A DNA stretch of 64,000 nt, taken from Candidatus Eiseniibacteriota bacterium. Its GTDB lineage: Bacteria > Eisenbacteria > RBG-16-71-46. The DNA lies in contig CAVSAC010000010.1 of the NCBI GenBank assembly GCA_963725865.1, forward strand, positions 128,001-192,000, in the 5' to 3' direction. Below are positions 31,582 through 39,620 of this stretch, in pieces. The first letter of the stretch is position 1. Every line of letters starts with the position of its first letter. The notes under the pieces are model-generated. The model ran no database searches. It worked only from the letters and a program-made list of their open reading frames with translations, and had not been told where the DNA came from. The translations under genes were made by a program, and so were the position numbers.

Positions 31582-32912
31582 CAGGCGTGGGCCCGGCGGG
31601 GCGGCTGGAGCCGCAGCTGCAGGAGGTCCTCGCTGCTCGGGCTGGGCAGCAGCGGGAATCCGCCCGACTGGTGAAGGCGCACGAGGCAGCCGACCACGTC
31701 GGCATCGAACTGGGTGCCGGCCCCGCGCTGCAGCTCTCCGATCGCCGACTCGAGCGAGAGCGCGCGGCGGTACGGGCGGTCGGATGTCATGGCGTCGAAC
31801 GCATCCGCCACGTTCAGGATGCGCGCCCCGAGCGGGACGTCGGCCGACCGCAGTCCGAACGGGTAGCCCTGTCCATCCGGCCGCTCGTGATGGCTGCGCA
31901 CGATCTCGGCGGCGCGCCGCAGCGCGCGCACCTTGGAGACGATGTCGGCGCCCGCGCCGGGATGCGCGCGCAGCGTGCGCTGCTCCTCGTGCGAGAGCGA
32001 GCCCGGCTTCTGCAGGATGTGCTGGTGCTGCGGCCCGATCTTGCCGATGTCGTGCACCAGCGCCGCGTATTCGATCTCCTCGACGTCGCGCTCGCGCAGC
32101 CGCAGTCCCCGCGCCAGCCGCACCGCGTACTCCGCCACCCGGACGGAGTGGTGACGCGTGTACGGGTCCACCTCCTCCAGCACCTCCGAGAGCGCCCGGA
32201 CGAAGTCCTTCAGGTCGGCGTGGATCTCCATGTAGAGGCGGAACGAGTGCCGCGCCACCACGAACGGGATCCCGCACAGCACGAAGCCCCACACCCCGAC
32301 GCTCAGGTAGGTCACCGCGACCAGCGTGCCGAGGGCCACGAACGACAGGTGATGCAGCAGGCTGTGGAGGAAGTTGCGTTGCCACACCCGCCACGGATCC
32401 AGCCCCTCGGCGAGCCCGAGGACGATGGACACCAGCGCGGAGTTGACGAGGAAGTAGGTGCCTCCGCACGCCAGCAGCGGCAGCACGTCGCGCGGGAACG
32501 CCAGCTCGCCCACGCGCCCACCGGTGGCGGTGAACGCGGCGGCCGCGGCGAAGTAAGTGACCACGTTCGAGGCCGCGTTGAAGACGATCTTGATCGGGGC
32601 CTTGCGCTGCACCAGACCCTGGACCACGACGGTGCTGGCGAGATCGAGCGTGGCGGTCCAGAACGGACCCACCAGGACCAGCGCCGGGAGCTCGAGCACG
32701 GCGCTCGGCGTGGCGTAGCCGCCGCTCGGCAGGTCGACCGGTCGCGCCTCGCTGAAGACGATGAACAGGAACACGATCGCCATCAGCGCGGGCTGCGCCG
32801 GGAGCAGGTGCTGCGCGCCCAGTGACATCAGCGCGAGAGCGCCCGCCAGCACCATCGCGTAGTACAGACCGAAGGGGCCGGGATGCCGGATCGTGGAGGT
32901 CGTCGGACTCAC
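31581..32912 (-). CDS. Membrane-anchored HD-GYP cyclic-dinucleotide phosphodiesterase (about 6-7 TM N-terminal sensor region)
   Basis: Hydrophobic N-terminal ~230 aa, then DPYTRHHSVRV, HDIGKIG, HHERPDGQGYP, ADAFDAMTSDRPYR. Confidence 0.92.
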   Translation of the reverse strand: MSPTTSTIRHPGPFGLYYAMVLAGALALMSLGAQHLLPAQPALMAIVFLFIVFSEARPVDLPSGGYATPSAVLELPALVLVGPFWTATLDLASTVVVQGLVQRKAPIKIVFNAASNVVTYFAAAAAFTATGGRVGELAFPRDVLPLLACGGTYFLVNSALVSIVLGLAEGLDPWRVWQRNFLHSLLHHLSFVALGTLVAVTYLSVGVWGFVLCGIPFVVARHSFRLYMEIHADLKDFVRALSEVLEEVDPYTRHHSVRVAEYAVRLARGLRLRERDVEEIEYAALVHDIGKIGPQHQHILQKPGSLSHEEQRTLRAHPGAGADIVSKVRALRRAAEIVRSHHERPDGQGYPFGLRSADVPLGARILNVADAFDAMTSDRPYRRALSLESAIGELQRGAGTQFDADVVGCLVRLHQSGGFPLLPSPSSEDLLQLRLQPPRRAHA

Positions 32913-33003
32913 GCGTCGACTCGGACCAGGGGAGAGGTCGAGGGGCTCAGGTGCGGGGTGGGCGATCAGGTGAGACCGACATCGGGCAGGAGGATCATGC
33001 GCT

Positions 33004-33025
33004 CACCGGGTAGTCCTACCCGGCG
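33004..33025 (-). other. RNA stem-loop just after the small-peptide stop (no U-tract)
   Basis: CCGGGTAG-GA-CTACCCGG perfect inverted repeat (33006-33023), extendable by G-U and C-G pairs. Confidence 0.6.
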
Positions 33026-33030
33026 CTACT

Positions 33031-33081
33031 TCACCAGCCAGCCTTGCCGAGCAGCTCGACGAGGATCTCGATAATGTCCAC
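33031..33081 (-). CDS. Small 16-aa amphipathic peptide MDIIEILVELLGKAGW
   Basis: SD AAAGGAGGTG (33097-33088), 6-nt spacer, GTG GAC ATT ATC GAG ATC CTC GTC GAG CTG CTC GGC AAG GCT GGC TGG TGA; below the ORF-track length cutoff. Confidence 0.75.
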   Translation of the reverse strand: MDIIEILVELLGKAGW

Positions 33082-33113
33082 GAAGCCCACCTCCTTTGTG
33101 TGAAGGACTCTGT

Positions 33114-33132
33114 CAGGAGCGACGCGCTCCTG
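33114..33132 (-). other. RNA stem-loop upstream of the peptide SD
   Basis: CAGGAGCG-N3-CGCTCCTG perfect 8-bp inverted repeat. Confidence 0.55.
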
Positions 33133-33151
33133 CAGGTGGGTCCGCTTCGCT

Positions 33152-33967
33152 CTATCGATCTTCGCGCGCTCCGCTCTCCTCCCGGACCGATGCCGGTCTC
33201 AAGACGTACTCCATGGGTTCCTTGGTGCTCATGCCGCCGACCACTCGATTGAGCGCGGCCAGGGTCGCGAGCACCACGGCCTGCTGCGCATCCTGCTCCA
33301 CCGCGCAGCTACCCGCCAGCAACTTCTCCTGCCGGTGCGCCAGCAGCGTCAGGCCCACCACCGCGACCTGCCGCCGGCCGAGCTGCACGAACTCCACCTC
33401 GGCCACCCCGAGCGCGACCTCGTCGTCGAGGAATTCCTGGACGGCGTTGACGGTCGCGGTCGCGATGAGGCGGTGCGCGCCGTCGCGCGTGCTCCAGCCC
33501 GATGCGCTGCCCATGCGGGGCAGGCCCTTCCAGCGCAACTCCACCTGGGCCTGGGCGCGCGTGCCGGCGACGTACAAATTCACGCTGCCGAAGCGGATCC
33601 GCTCGTTGAGCGCGGGCTCCGGCTCGGGCTCGGGCGGCGGTGGGATCGGTGCCGGAACGGGCGCCCGATCCAACTGCGCGATCGGGGCCGGCCGCGGCTC
33701 GCGCGGCGACGGCGCCGCCGCGTCCTCGGGCGTGATGGCGACCACCGAGACGACACGGCGGTCGATCGCGTGCTGGAACCGGGTCAGCAGCAGGGTCTGG
33801 ATGTCGCGGACGATCAGGTTGGGGCGCCGATCCGAGGACGTCACCACGTGGATCTCGCGGATGACGTTCCCGTCGGTCTTGACCGCGACCGCATCCACGT
33901 CGCGCAGCGTGCGGATGGCCGCTTCCATGCGTGCCGACCAGGAGGTGCTGCTCGAATCTACCGTCAC
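33152..33967 (-). CDS. Uncharacterised cytoplasmic two-domain protein (alpha/beta N-domain, Pro-rich linker, C-domain reminiscent of the LeuA regulatory domain)
   Basis: AGGAGG-N8-GTG start; IREIHVV...RPNLIVRDIQTLL...IDRRVVSV, P/E-rich linker, AQAQVEL..KG....GSASG.....LIATATVNAV. Confidence 0.8.
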   Translation of the reverse strand: MTVDSSSTSWSARMEAAIRTLRDVDAVAVKTDGNVIREIHVVTSSDRRPNLIVRDIQTLLLTRFQHAIDRRVVSVVAITPEDAAAPSPREPRPAPIAQLDRAPVPAPIPPPPEPEPEPALNERIRFGSVNLYVAGTRAQAQVELRWKGLPRMGSASGWSTRDGAHRLIATATVNAVQEFLDDEVALGVAEVEFVQLGRRQVAVVGLTLLAHRQEKLLAGSCAVEQDAQQAVVLATLAALNRVVGGMSTKEPMEYVLRPASVREESGAREDR

Positions 33968-34003
33968 GAGAGATTCCTCCTGGAGGTGAGCCGGGGGGTC
34001 ACA

Positions 34004-34045
34004 CCTGTGCCGGAAGTCTAGCACAGGCCCGTACGCGCGCGGCAA
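34004..34045 (-). promoter_or_regulatory. Extended -10 promoter with an overlapping palindromic operator
   Basis: TGcTAGACT (-10 at 34015-34020), weak -35 TTGCCG at 19-nt spacing; CCTGTGC-N10-GCACAGG straddles the -10. Confidence 0.6.
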
Positions 34046-34066
34046 GGGGCGAGACGGCGGCTCGCC

Positions 34067-35002
34067 TCACGCGTCGAACAGCGGCTCCAGACGGAAGTGC
34101 ACCATCGAGTGGAGCAGCGTGACGCGGCGCTGGATCTCTGCCTGGTCGATCTCGGCGAGGCGGCGCGGACTGAAACCCTCGATCGCGATCGACGCCATCG
34201 CGGTGCCGCATGCCAGCGCCTGGCGGAGCGCGTTGCCGTCCGTGCGCCCGCAGCGCGCGATCCAGCCCAGGAACCCGCCGGCGAACGAATCGCCGGCTCC
34301 GGTCGGATCGGCGAGCGCGTCCACCGGGAACGACGGCGTGATGAACCGCTCCTCCGGCGAGCAGTAGAGCGCGCCGTGCTCGCCCTTCTTGATGATGACC
34401 GCCCGCGCGCCGGCCTCCATCAGCCGATCGGCAGCCTTGACCAGTTGGGTCTCGCCCGCCAGCGCGCGCGCCTCCTCCTCGTTGAGCACCGCGACGTCCA
34501 CCTGGCGCAGCACGTCGAGCACGCGATCGGGCTTGCGCGCGATCCAGTAGTTCATCGTGTCGGCGAGCGTCAGCCGCGGCCGGCGCACCTGCGAGAGCAC
34601 GTGCAGCTGCAGCTCGGGGTCGATGTTGGCGAGGAACACGAACGGGGTCTGGCGATGCGCCGCGTTCAGCTTCGGCTGGAACGCCGAGAACACATTGAGC
34701 TGGGTCTCGAGCGTGTGCGCGTGACCCAGCTCGACGCTGTACTCGCCCCGCCAGCGAAACGTCCGGCCCGGCGCGGTCTCGAGCCCCGCCATGTCGATGT
34801 TCCGCGACCCGAACAGGTCGCGGTGCTCGGGCGGGAAGTCCTCGCCCACCACCGCGACCATGCTCACCGGCGCGAAGTGGCTGGCCGAGACCGAGAAGTA
34901 CGACGCCGACCCGCCGAGCGCTTCGACCGCCTCGCCGTAGGGCGTGCGGACGCTGTCGAGCGCCACCGAGCCGACCACCAGGATGTGGCCCGGGCCGCTC
35001 AT
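34067..35002 (-). CDS. PfkB-family carbohydrate/nucleoside kinase
   Basis: GSVALD, LGGSASY, DTMNYWI, KKGEHG, DPTGAGDSFAGG. Confidence 0.9.
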   Translation of the reverse strand: MSGPGHILVVGSVALDSVRTPYGEAVEALGGSASYFSVSASHFAPVSMVAVVGEDFPPEHRDLFGSRNIDMAGLETAPGRTFRWRGEYSVELGHAHTLETQLNVFSAFQPKLNAAHRQTPFVFLANIDPELQLHVLSQVRRPRLTLADTMNYWIARKPDRVLDVLRQVDVAVLNEEEARALAGETQLVKAADRLMEAGARAVIIKKGEHGALYCSPEERFITPSFPVDALADPTGAGDSFAGGFLGWIARCGRTDGNALRQALACGTAMASIAIEGFSPRRLAEIDQAEIQRRVTLLHSMVHFRLEPLFDA

Positions 35003-36729
35003 CGCACGGCCTCCTCGTCCTGCTCGGCGCGCTCCATGCGATCCGGCGCCGAGACGCCGAGCAGCGCGAGTCCGTTGCGAAGCACCACGCGGGCCGCCTC
35101 GGCGATCAGCAGCCGCCCGCGCGTCAGCGCGGCGTCGTCCGAGAGCACCCGGCAGTGGTGGTAGAAGCGATGGAAGTCGGCCGCGGTCTCCATCAGGAAC
35201 GCCGGCACACGGTGGGGCTCGCGCGCGAACGCGGCTCCGCGCACGACCTCTGGGAACGACGCCAGCCGCCGCACCAGTGCCAGCTCCTCCGCGGCCGCCA
35301 GCCGCACTGGCCCGTCCCCCGCCCGCACGCCCTGCTCGGCCGCCTTGCGCAGGATGGAGCAGATGCGGGCGTGCGCGTACTGCACGTAGAAGGCGGGATT
35401 CTCGTCGGTCTGGCGCTTGGCGAGATCGAGGTCGAAATCCAGGTGCGCGTTCGTGGTGCGCATCAGGAAGAAGAACTTCGCGCAGTCTGCGCCGACCTCG
35501 TCCACCAGCTCGCGCAGCGTGATGAACTCGCCCTTGCGCTTGCTCATGCGCAGCGGCTGGCCGTCCTTCAGCAGGTTCACCTGCTGGACGATCAGCACCT
35601 GCAGGAAGTCCGGCTCCAGCCCGAGTGCGGCCAGCGAGGCGGCGAGCGTCCTCACGTACGCGTGGTGGTCCGGCCCCCACAGGTTGATGGCGTGGCGGAA
35701 CCCGCGGGCGCGCTTGTCGCGATGGTACGCGGTGTCGGGCAGCAGATAGGTGGGCGCGCCGTTGCTCTTCACCAGCACGCGGTCCTGGCTGTCGCCGAAG
35801 CGCGAGGCGCGCAGCCACGTCGCGGGCTCGGCGGCGTCGGCGAGCGGCGCGTCCGCGGCCCGCTCGTAGCCGGATTCCGGCTGGGCGGCACGGTACGTGA
35901 CTCCGCGCGCCTCGAGCGCCGCCAGGGTCTCCTCCACCGCGCCCGAGCGGTGCACCGTGGACTCCCGGAACCAGCGCGTGAACTCCGCGCCGTAGGCATC
36001 GAGGTCGCGCTTCTGCCAGGCCAGCATGCGCTCGAGCGCCTGGTCGCGGAACCAGCCCGCCCCGCCGGGCGCCGCGAGGGCGGCCCGCGCCGCTGCGGGA
36101 TCGAGCTCGGCCGCGACGTCGCGCAGGTACTCGCCCAGGTAGCCCTGCTCCGGGAACGGCCGCTCGAGACCGTGCGCCTCGGCGAAGCGCGCGGCGACCG
36201 ACTCACCCAGCAGGTCGACCTGGTTGCCGGAGTCGTTGACGTAGAACTCGCCCTCGGCCCGGTGCCCGGTGGCCGCCAGCAGTCGCACCAGCGCCGCTCC
36301 GACCGCCGCGGCGCGCGCGCTCACGACGTTGAGCGGGCCGGTCGGGTTCGCGCTCACGTACTCCACGAGCACCGGCGTCCCGTCGACGTGGGCGTGGCGG
36401 CCGAAGCCTTCGCCGGCGCCGGCGATGCGGGCCGGCAGCCCGTCGAGGAAGGCATCGCTGTAGCGGAAGTTCAGGAACCCCGGCCCCGCGACCTCGACCG
36501 CCCCGAACACCGCCGGGTCCAGCGGGAACGCCGGGGCGATGCGCTCGGCCAGCGCCCGCGGCGGTTGGCCCACCTCCTTCGCGATCAGCAGCGCGAGGTT
36601 GGTGGTCCAGTCGCCGTGCGAGCGTTCGCGCGGGATCGCCAGCTCGAGGCGCGCGATGCGTTCGGGGGTGTGGAGCCCGAGCGCGCGCAGCGCGGTCGCC
36701 AGGCCGTCACTCAGCGAGGTCCAGACCAA
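34999..36729 (-). CDS. argS: Arginine--tRNA ligase
   Basis: AGPGFLNF, EYVSANPTGPL, EFYVND.G.Q, WGPDHH.Y, MSKRKG, ENP.FYVQYAHARICSI. Confidence 0.95.
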   Translation of the reverse strand: MVWTSLSDGLATALRALGLHTPERIARLELAIPRERSHGDWTTNLALLIAKEVGQPPRALAERIAPAFPLDPAVFGAVEVAGPGFLNFRYSDAFLDGLPARIAGAGEGFGRHAHVDGTPVLVEYVSANPTGPLNVVSARAAAVGAALVRLLAATGHRAEGEFYVNDSGNQVDLLGESVAARFAEAHGLERPFPEQGYLGEYLRDVAAELDPAAARAALAAPGGAGWFRDQALERMLAWQKRDLDAYGAEFTRWFRESTVHRSGAVEETLAALEARGVTYRAAQPESGYERAADAPLADAAEPATWLRASRFGDSQDRVLVKSNGAPTYLLPDTAYHRDKRARGFRHAINLWGPDHHAYVRTLAASLAALGLEPDFLQVLIVQQVNLLKDGQPLRMSKRKGEFITLRELVDEVGADCAKFFFLMRTTNAHLDFDLDLAKRQTDENPAFYVQYAHARICSILRKAAEQGVRAGDGPVRLAAAEELALVRRLASFPEVVRGAAFAREPHRVPAFLMETAADFHRFYHHCRVLSDDAALTRGRLLIAEAARVVLRNGLALLGVSAPDRMERAEQDEEAVR

Positions 36730-37090
36730 GGTCCACTCTCCGAGCGTCGCCCCACAGGCGGTCGAGCAGGTAGTAATCGCGGGTCTTCTCGTGGAACACG
36801 TGCACCACCACGTGGACGTAGTCGAGCAGTACCCAGCGCCGTCCTTCGCGGCCCTCGATGTGCCACGGCCGCACGCCGTGTTCGCGCAGCACGTCCTCGA
36901 TGTGCTCCGCCACGGCCCGCACCTGCGGCTCGCTCGTGCACGAGCACAGGAAGAAGTAGTCGCACACCCCCTCGAGTCCCTTCAGGTCGAGCGCGAGCGG
37001 GTCGCGGGCCTTCTTGGCGACGGCCGCCTCGGCGGCGAGGCGGAGAACGTCGATCGACGGCATGGGCCGGGAGGCACGGGGCGTCGTCAT
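36707..37090 (-). CDS. rsfS: Ribosome silencing factor (start uncertain)
   Basis: KKA.D...LDL, DYFFLCS, WVLLDY..VVVHVF....RDYY.LDRLWGDA. Confidence 0.92.
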   Translation of the reverse strand: MTTPRASRPMPSIDVLRLAAEAAVAKKARDPLALDLKGLEGVCDYFFLCSCTSEPQVRAVAEHIEDVLREHGVRPWHIEGREGRRWVLLDYVHVVVHVFHEKTRDYYLLDRLWGDARRVDLGLDLAE

Positions 37091-37109
37091 GGGCGGTCGC
37101 GGCGCGCGC

Positions 37110-38090
37110 TCAATGGTCACGCCGGACGGCGTAGTCGCAGGCGCGGGCGAGCGCGGTGCGCGACACCCCCGCGGGCTCCGCGGCCAGCAGGGCGCGCGCC
37201 TGGTCCGCGAGCAGATCCGCCCGCCGGCGCGCGTAGGCGAAGCCGCCCGACTTCTCGACCAGCTGGCGCAGCTGGTTCCACTGCGCGGGCGTCCAGCGCT
37301 TGCGCAGCGCGAGCTGGCGCAGCCGGCGCCGGTCGGCCTCGCTGGCGTCCCGCAGCGCGGCGATCAGCGGCAGCGTGACCTTGCCCTCCGCGAGGTCGTA
37401 GCCCACCGGCTTGCCGGTGGTCTCGGGCTCGCCCAGGTAGTCGAACAGGTCATCCACGACCTGGAACGCGATCCCGACCCGGGCGCCGAACTCGCGGAAG
37501 CGCACGCGGGCGGGGGCGTCGCGCCGCAGGCCCTCGTGCCCGGCGCCCAGCTCCGTCGCGGCGGCGATCAGCGAGCCGGTCTTCGCGCGGATCAGCTCCT
37601 CGTACTGCTGCTCGGTCACGTCGAGGTCGTAGGCGTACTGGAACTCGAGCGCCTCGCCGAACGTCATCTCGGTCACCACGCGCGCCAGCACCTCCTGCGC
37701 CAGCTCGAGGTGGTGCTCGACCAGCATCGCCATCGACTGCGCGTAGAGGTAGTCGCCCATGATGATCGCCATCTCGTCGGTCCACAGTCCGTTGACGGTC
37801 GGCATGCCGCGGCGCAGCCCGCTCTTGTCCACCGAGTCGTCGTGGATGAGGGCCGCAGCGTGGATCATCTCGACCACCGTCGCGCAGGTGACGGCGTCGT
37901 CGTCGAGCTTGCCGCGCAGCCGGGCCACCAGCAGCAGCAGCGTGGGGCGGAACTTCTTGCCCCGGGTCGCCAGCACGTGGCCGCCGACCTGGTTCATGAT
38001 CGGAATCGGGGTGCGGAAGAGCTCGCGGAGACGGGTCTGCACCCGCTCCAGCTCGCGCCGCACCGGCTTCTGAACTGCCGCAATGGACAT
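37110..38090 (-). CDS. Polyprenyl diphosphate synthase (IspB/HepT-like)
   Basis: GKKFRP, LIHDDSVD...RRG, KTGSL, FQVVDDLFD, GKPVG.DL.EGKVTLP. Confidence 0.92.
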   Translation of the reverse strand: MSIAAVQKPVRRELERVQTRLRELFRTPIPIMNQVGGHVLATRGKKFRPTLLLLVARLRGKLDDDAVTCATVVEMIHAAALIHDDSVDKSGLRRGMPTVNGLWTDEMAIIMGDYLYAQSMAMLVEHHLELAQEVLARVVTEMTFGEALEFQYAYDLDVTEQQYEELIRAKTGSLIAAATELGAGHEGLRRDAPARVRFREFGARVGIAFQVVDDLFDYLGEPETTGKPVGYDLAEGKVTLPLIAALRDASEADRRRLRQLALRKRWTPAQWNQLRQLVEKSGGFAYARRRADLLADQARALLAAEPAGVSRTALARACDYAVRRDH

Positions 38091-38151
38091 GCGGGTCGGC
38101 TCCCGGGGCGGTGAAGGCGCCCCACCCTCCGATCGTGGAAAAGCGGCGGGC

Positions 38152-38181
38152 AGTCTACGGGCCACGTGAGAAGGGTGTCAA
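38152..38181 (-). promoter_or_regulatory. Sigma70-type promoter for the polyprenyl synthase-rsfS-argS-pfkB unit
   Basis: TTGACA-N18-TAGACT. Confidence 0.7.
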
Positions 38182-39617
38182 GACTCACGCCCCTGCGTGG
38201 TGCGCATCGTGGAGAGCCGCGCGAGCAGGTGCTCTCGCACGTTCGCCGCGGGATCGTCGAGGACCTCCTGCAGCAGGGTCTCGAGGGCGGCGCCCACCGC
38301 CGGTCCGGGCGGGATCGCGAGCGCGCGCATGACGTCTTCTCCGTTCACGGCCAGGTCGCTCACGTGCAGCGCGTGCGACTCGGTCATCATCCGCTCGAGC
38401 CGCTCGCGCATCGCCTCGAGGTGGGCCGGGAAACCCTCCCGCGTGCCGTTGCCGATGCCGTCCGCGAGCCGCAGGTCGAACAGATCCGCGACCGCGTCCT
38501 CGCCGACGCGCCGCAGCCAGCGGCGGAGCGCCGCGTCGCTCCACGCCGGCCGGTAGTCGAACATGTGCTCGCGCACCAGGTGGACGATCGCGCGGCGATC
38601 CTCGTTCGGGAATCGCAGGCGCGCGAGCAGCTGGTCCGCCAGCTCGGCCCCCACCCGCTCGTGTCCGTAGAACGTGCCGTCGCCGTGACGCACCACCCGG
38701 GTGAGCGGCTTGCCGATGTCGTGCAGCAGGGCCGCCCAGCGAACCCACGACTTGTCGGCCGGCGCGGCATCGCAGGTGAACAGGCTGTGCCGGTAGACGT
38801 CCCAGGCGTGGAAGCGGTTCTGCGGCACCGCCACGCAGGCCGCGAGCTCGGGCAGCCACAGCTCGAGCAGCCCCGCCGGACGCAGCAGCTCCAACCCGAC
38901 GGACGGGCGCGGGGCGCGCAGCATGCGATCGAGCTCCTCGCGCACGCGTTCGACCGCCACCTGGGCGCTGCGCTCGCGCGCCGCGCCCAGCGCCGCGCGC
39001 GTCTCCGGCGCCGGCGTCATCTCGAGCTGGGCGGCCAGCCGCGCGAGCCGCAGCGGTCGCAGCCCGTCCTCCCGGAAGCGCTGCACCGGATCGCCCACCG
39101 CGCGCAGCACGCGGTGCTCGAGGTCGGCGAGCCCGCCGAACGGATCCAGCAGCACGCCGCTGTGGGGGTCGAACGCGAGCGCGTTGACGGTCAGGTCGCG
39201 CCGCGCGAGATCGGCCCGCACGTCGTCGGTGAACTCGACGTGATCGGGATGCCGCGCGTCCGCGTAGGCACCCTCGCGTCGCAGCGTCGTGACCTCGAGC
39301 CGCGCGTCCGCGGCCAGCACGAGCACCGTGCCGTGCGCGATCCCGATCGGCTCCACGCGCGCGAAGCGCGCGGTCACCTGCGCCGGCTTCAGGTCGGTGG
39401 CGACGTCGAACACCGCGTCGGCTCCCGCGCCCTCGCGTCCGAGCAGCGCATCGCGTACCGTGCCCCCCACCAGCCAGGCCTGATGGCCGTCGGACCGCAG
39501 TCGCGCGAGCGCGGCCAGCAGCGCGGGCGACCACGGGTGCGCCGCCAGCCGCTCGCGAGCGGGGCCCTGCACCGGCTCGCCGGCTCCCGCCGGCGCGGGT
39601 CTCGAAGGAGGATTCAT
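38178..39617 (-). CDS. cca: Class II tRNA nucleotidyltransferase (CCA-adding/poly(A) polymerase family) with HD domain (alternative start GTG 39572)
   Basis: LVGGTVRD, EVTTLR, DLARRDLTVNA, RFREDGLR, LLHDIGKP, FYGHE. Confidence 0.88.
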   Translation of the reverse strand: MNPPSRPAPAGAGEPVQGPARERLAAHPWSPALLAALARLRSDGHQAWLVGGTVRDALLGREGAGADAVFDVATDLKPAQVTARFARVEPIGIAHGTVLVLAADARLEVTTLRREGAYADARHPDHVEFTDDVRADLARRDLTVNALAFDPHSGVLLDPFGGLADLEHRVLRAVGDPVQRFREDGLRPLRLARLAAQLEMTPAPETRAALGAARERSAQVAVERVREELDRMLRAPRPSVGLELLRPAGLLELWLPELAACVAVPQNRFHAWDVYRHSLFTCDAAPADKSWVRWAALLHDIGKPLTRVVRHGDGTFYGHERVGAELADQLLARLRFPNEDRRAIVHLVREHMFDYRPAWSDAALRRWLRRVGEDAVADLFDLRLADGIGNGTREGFPAHLEAMRERLERMMTESHALHVSDLAVNGEDVMRALAIPPGPAVGAALETLLQEVLDDPAANVREHLLARLSTMRTTQGRES

Positions 39618-39620
39618 CCG

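Noticed and set aside
32966..32998. Second sORF MILLPDVGLT
   Set aside because: Only a weak, closely spaced GGTGA that is partly inside a hairpin; not called as a gene, only noted as part of the leader.
37110..38090. Polyprenyl synthase as a ComQ-like Trp-prenyltransferase for the Trp-ended peptide
   Set aside because: It has both canonical Asp-rich motifs and the RRG loop of chain-elongating IspB/HepT enzymes, and lies 4 kb away in a separate housekeeping unit.
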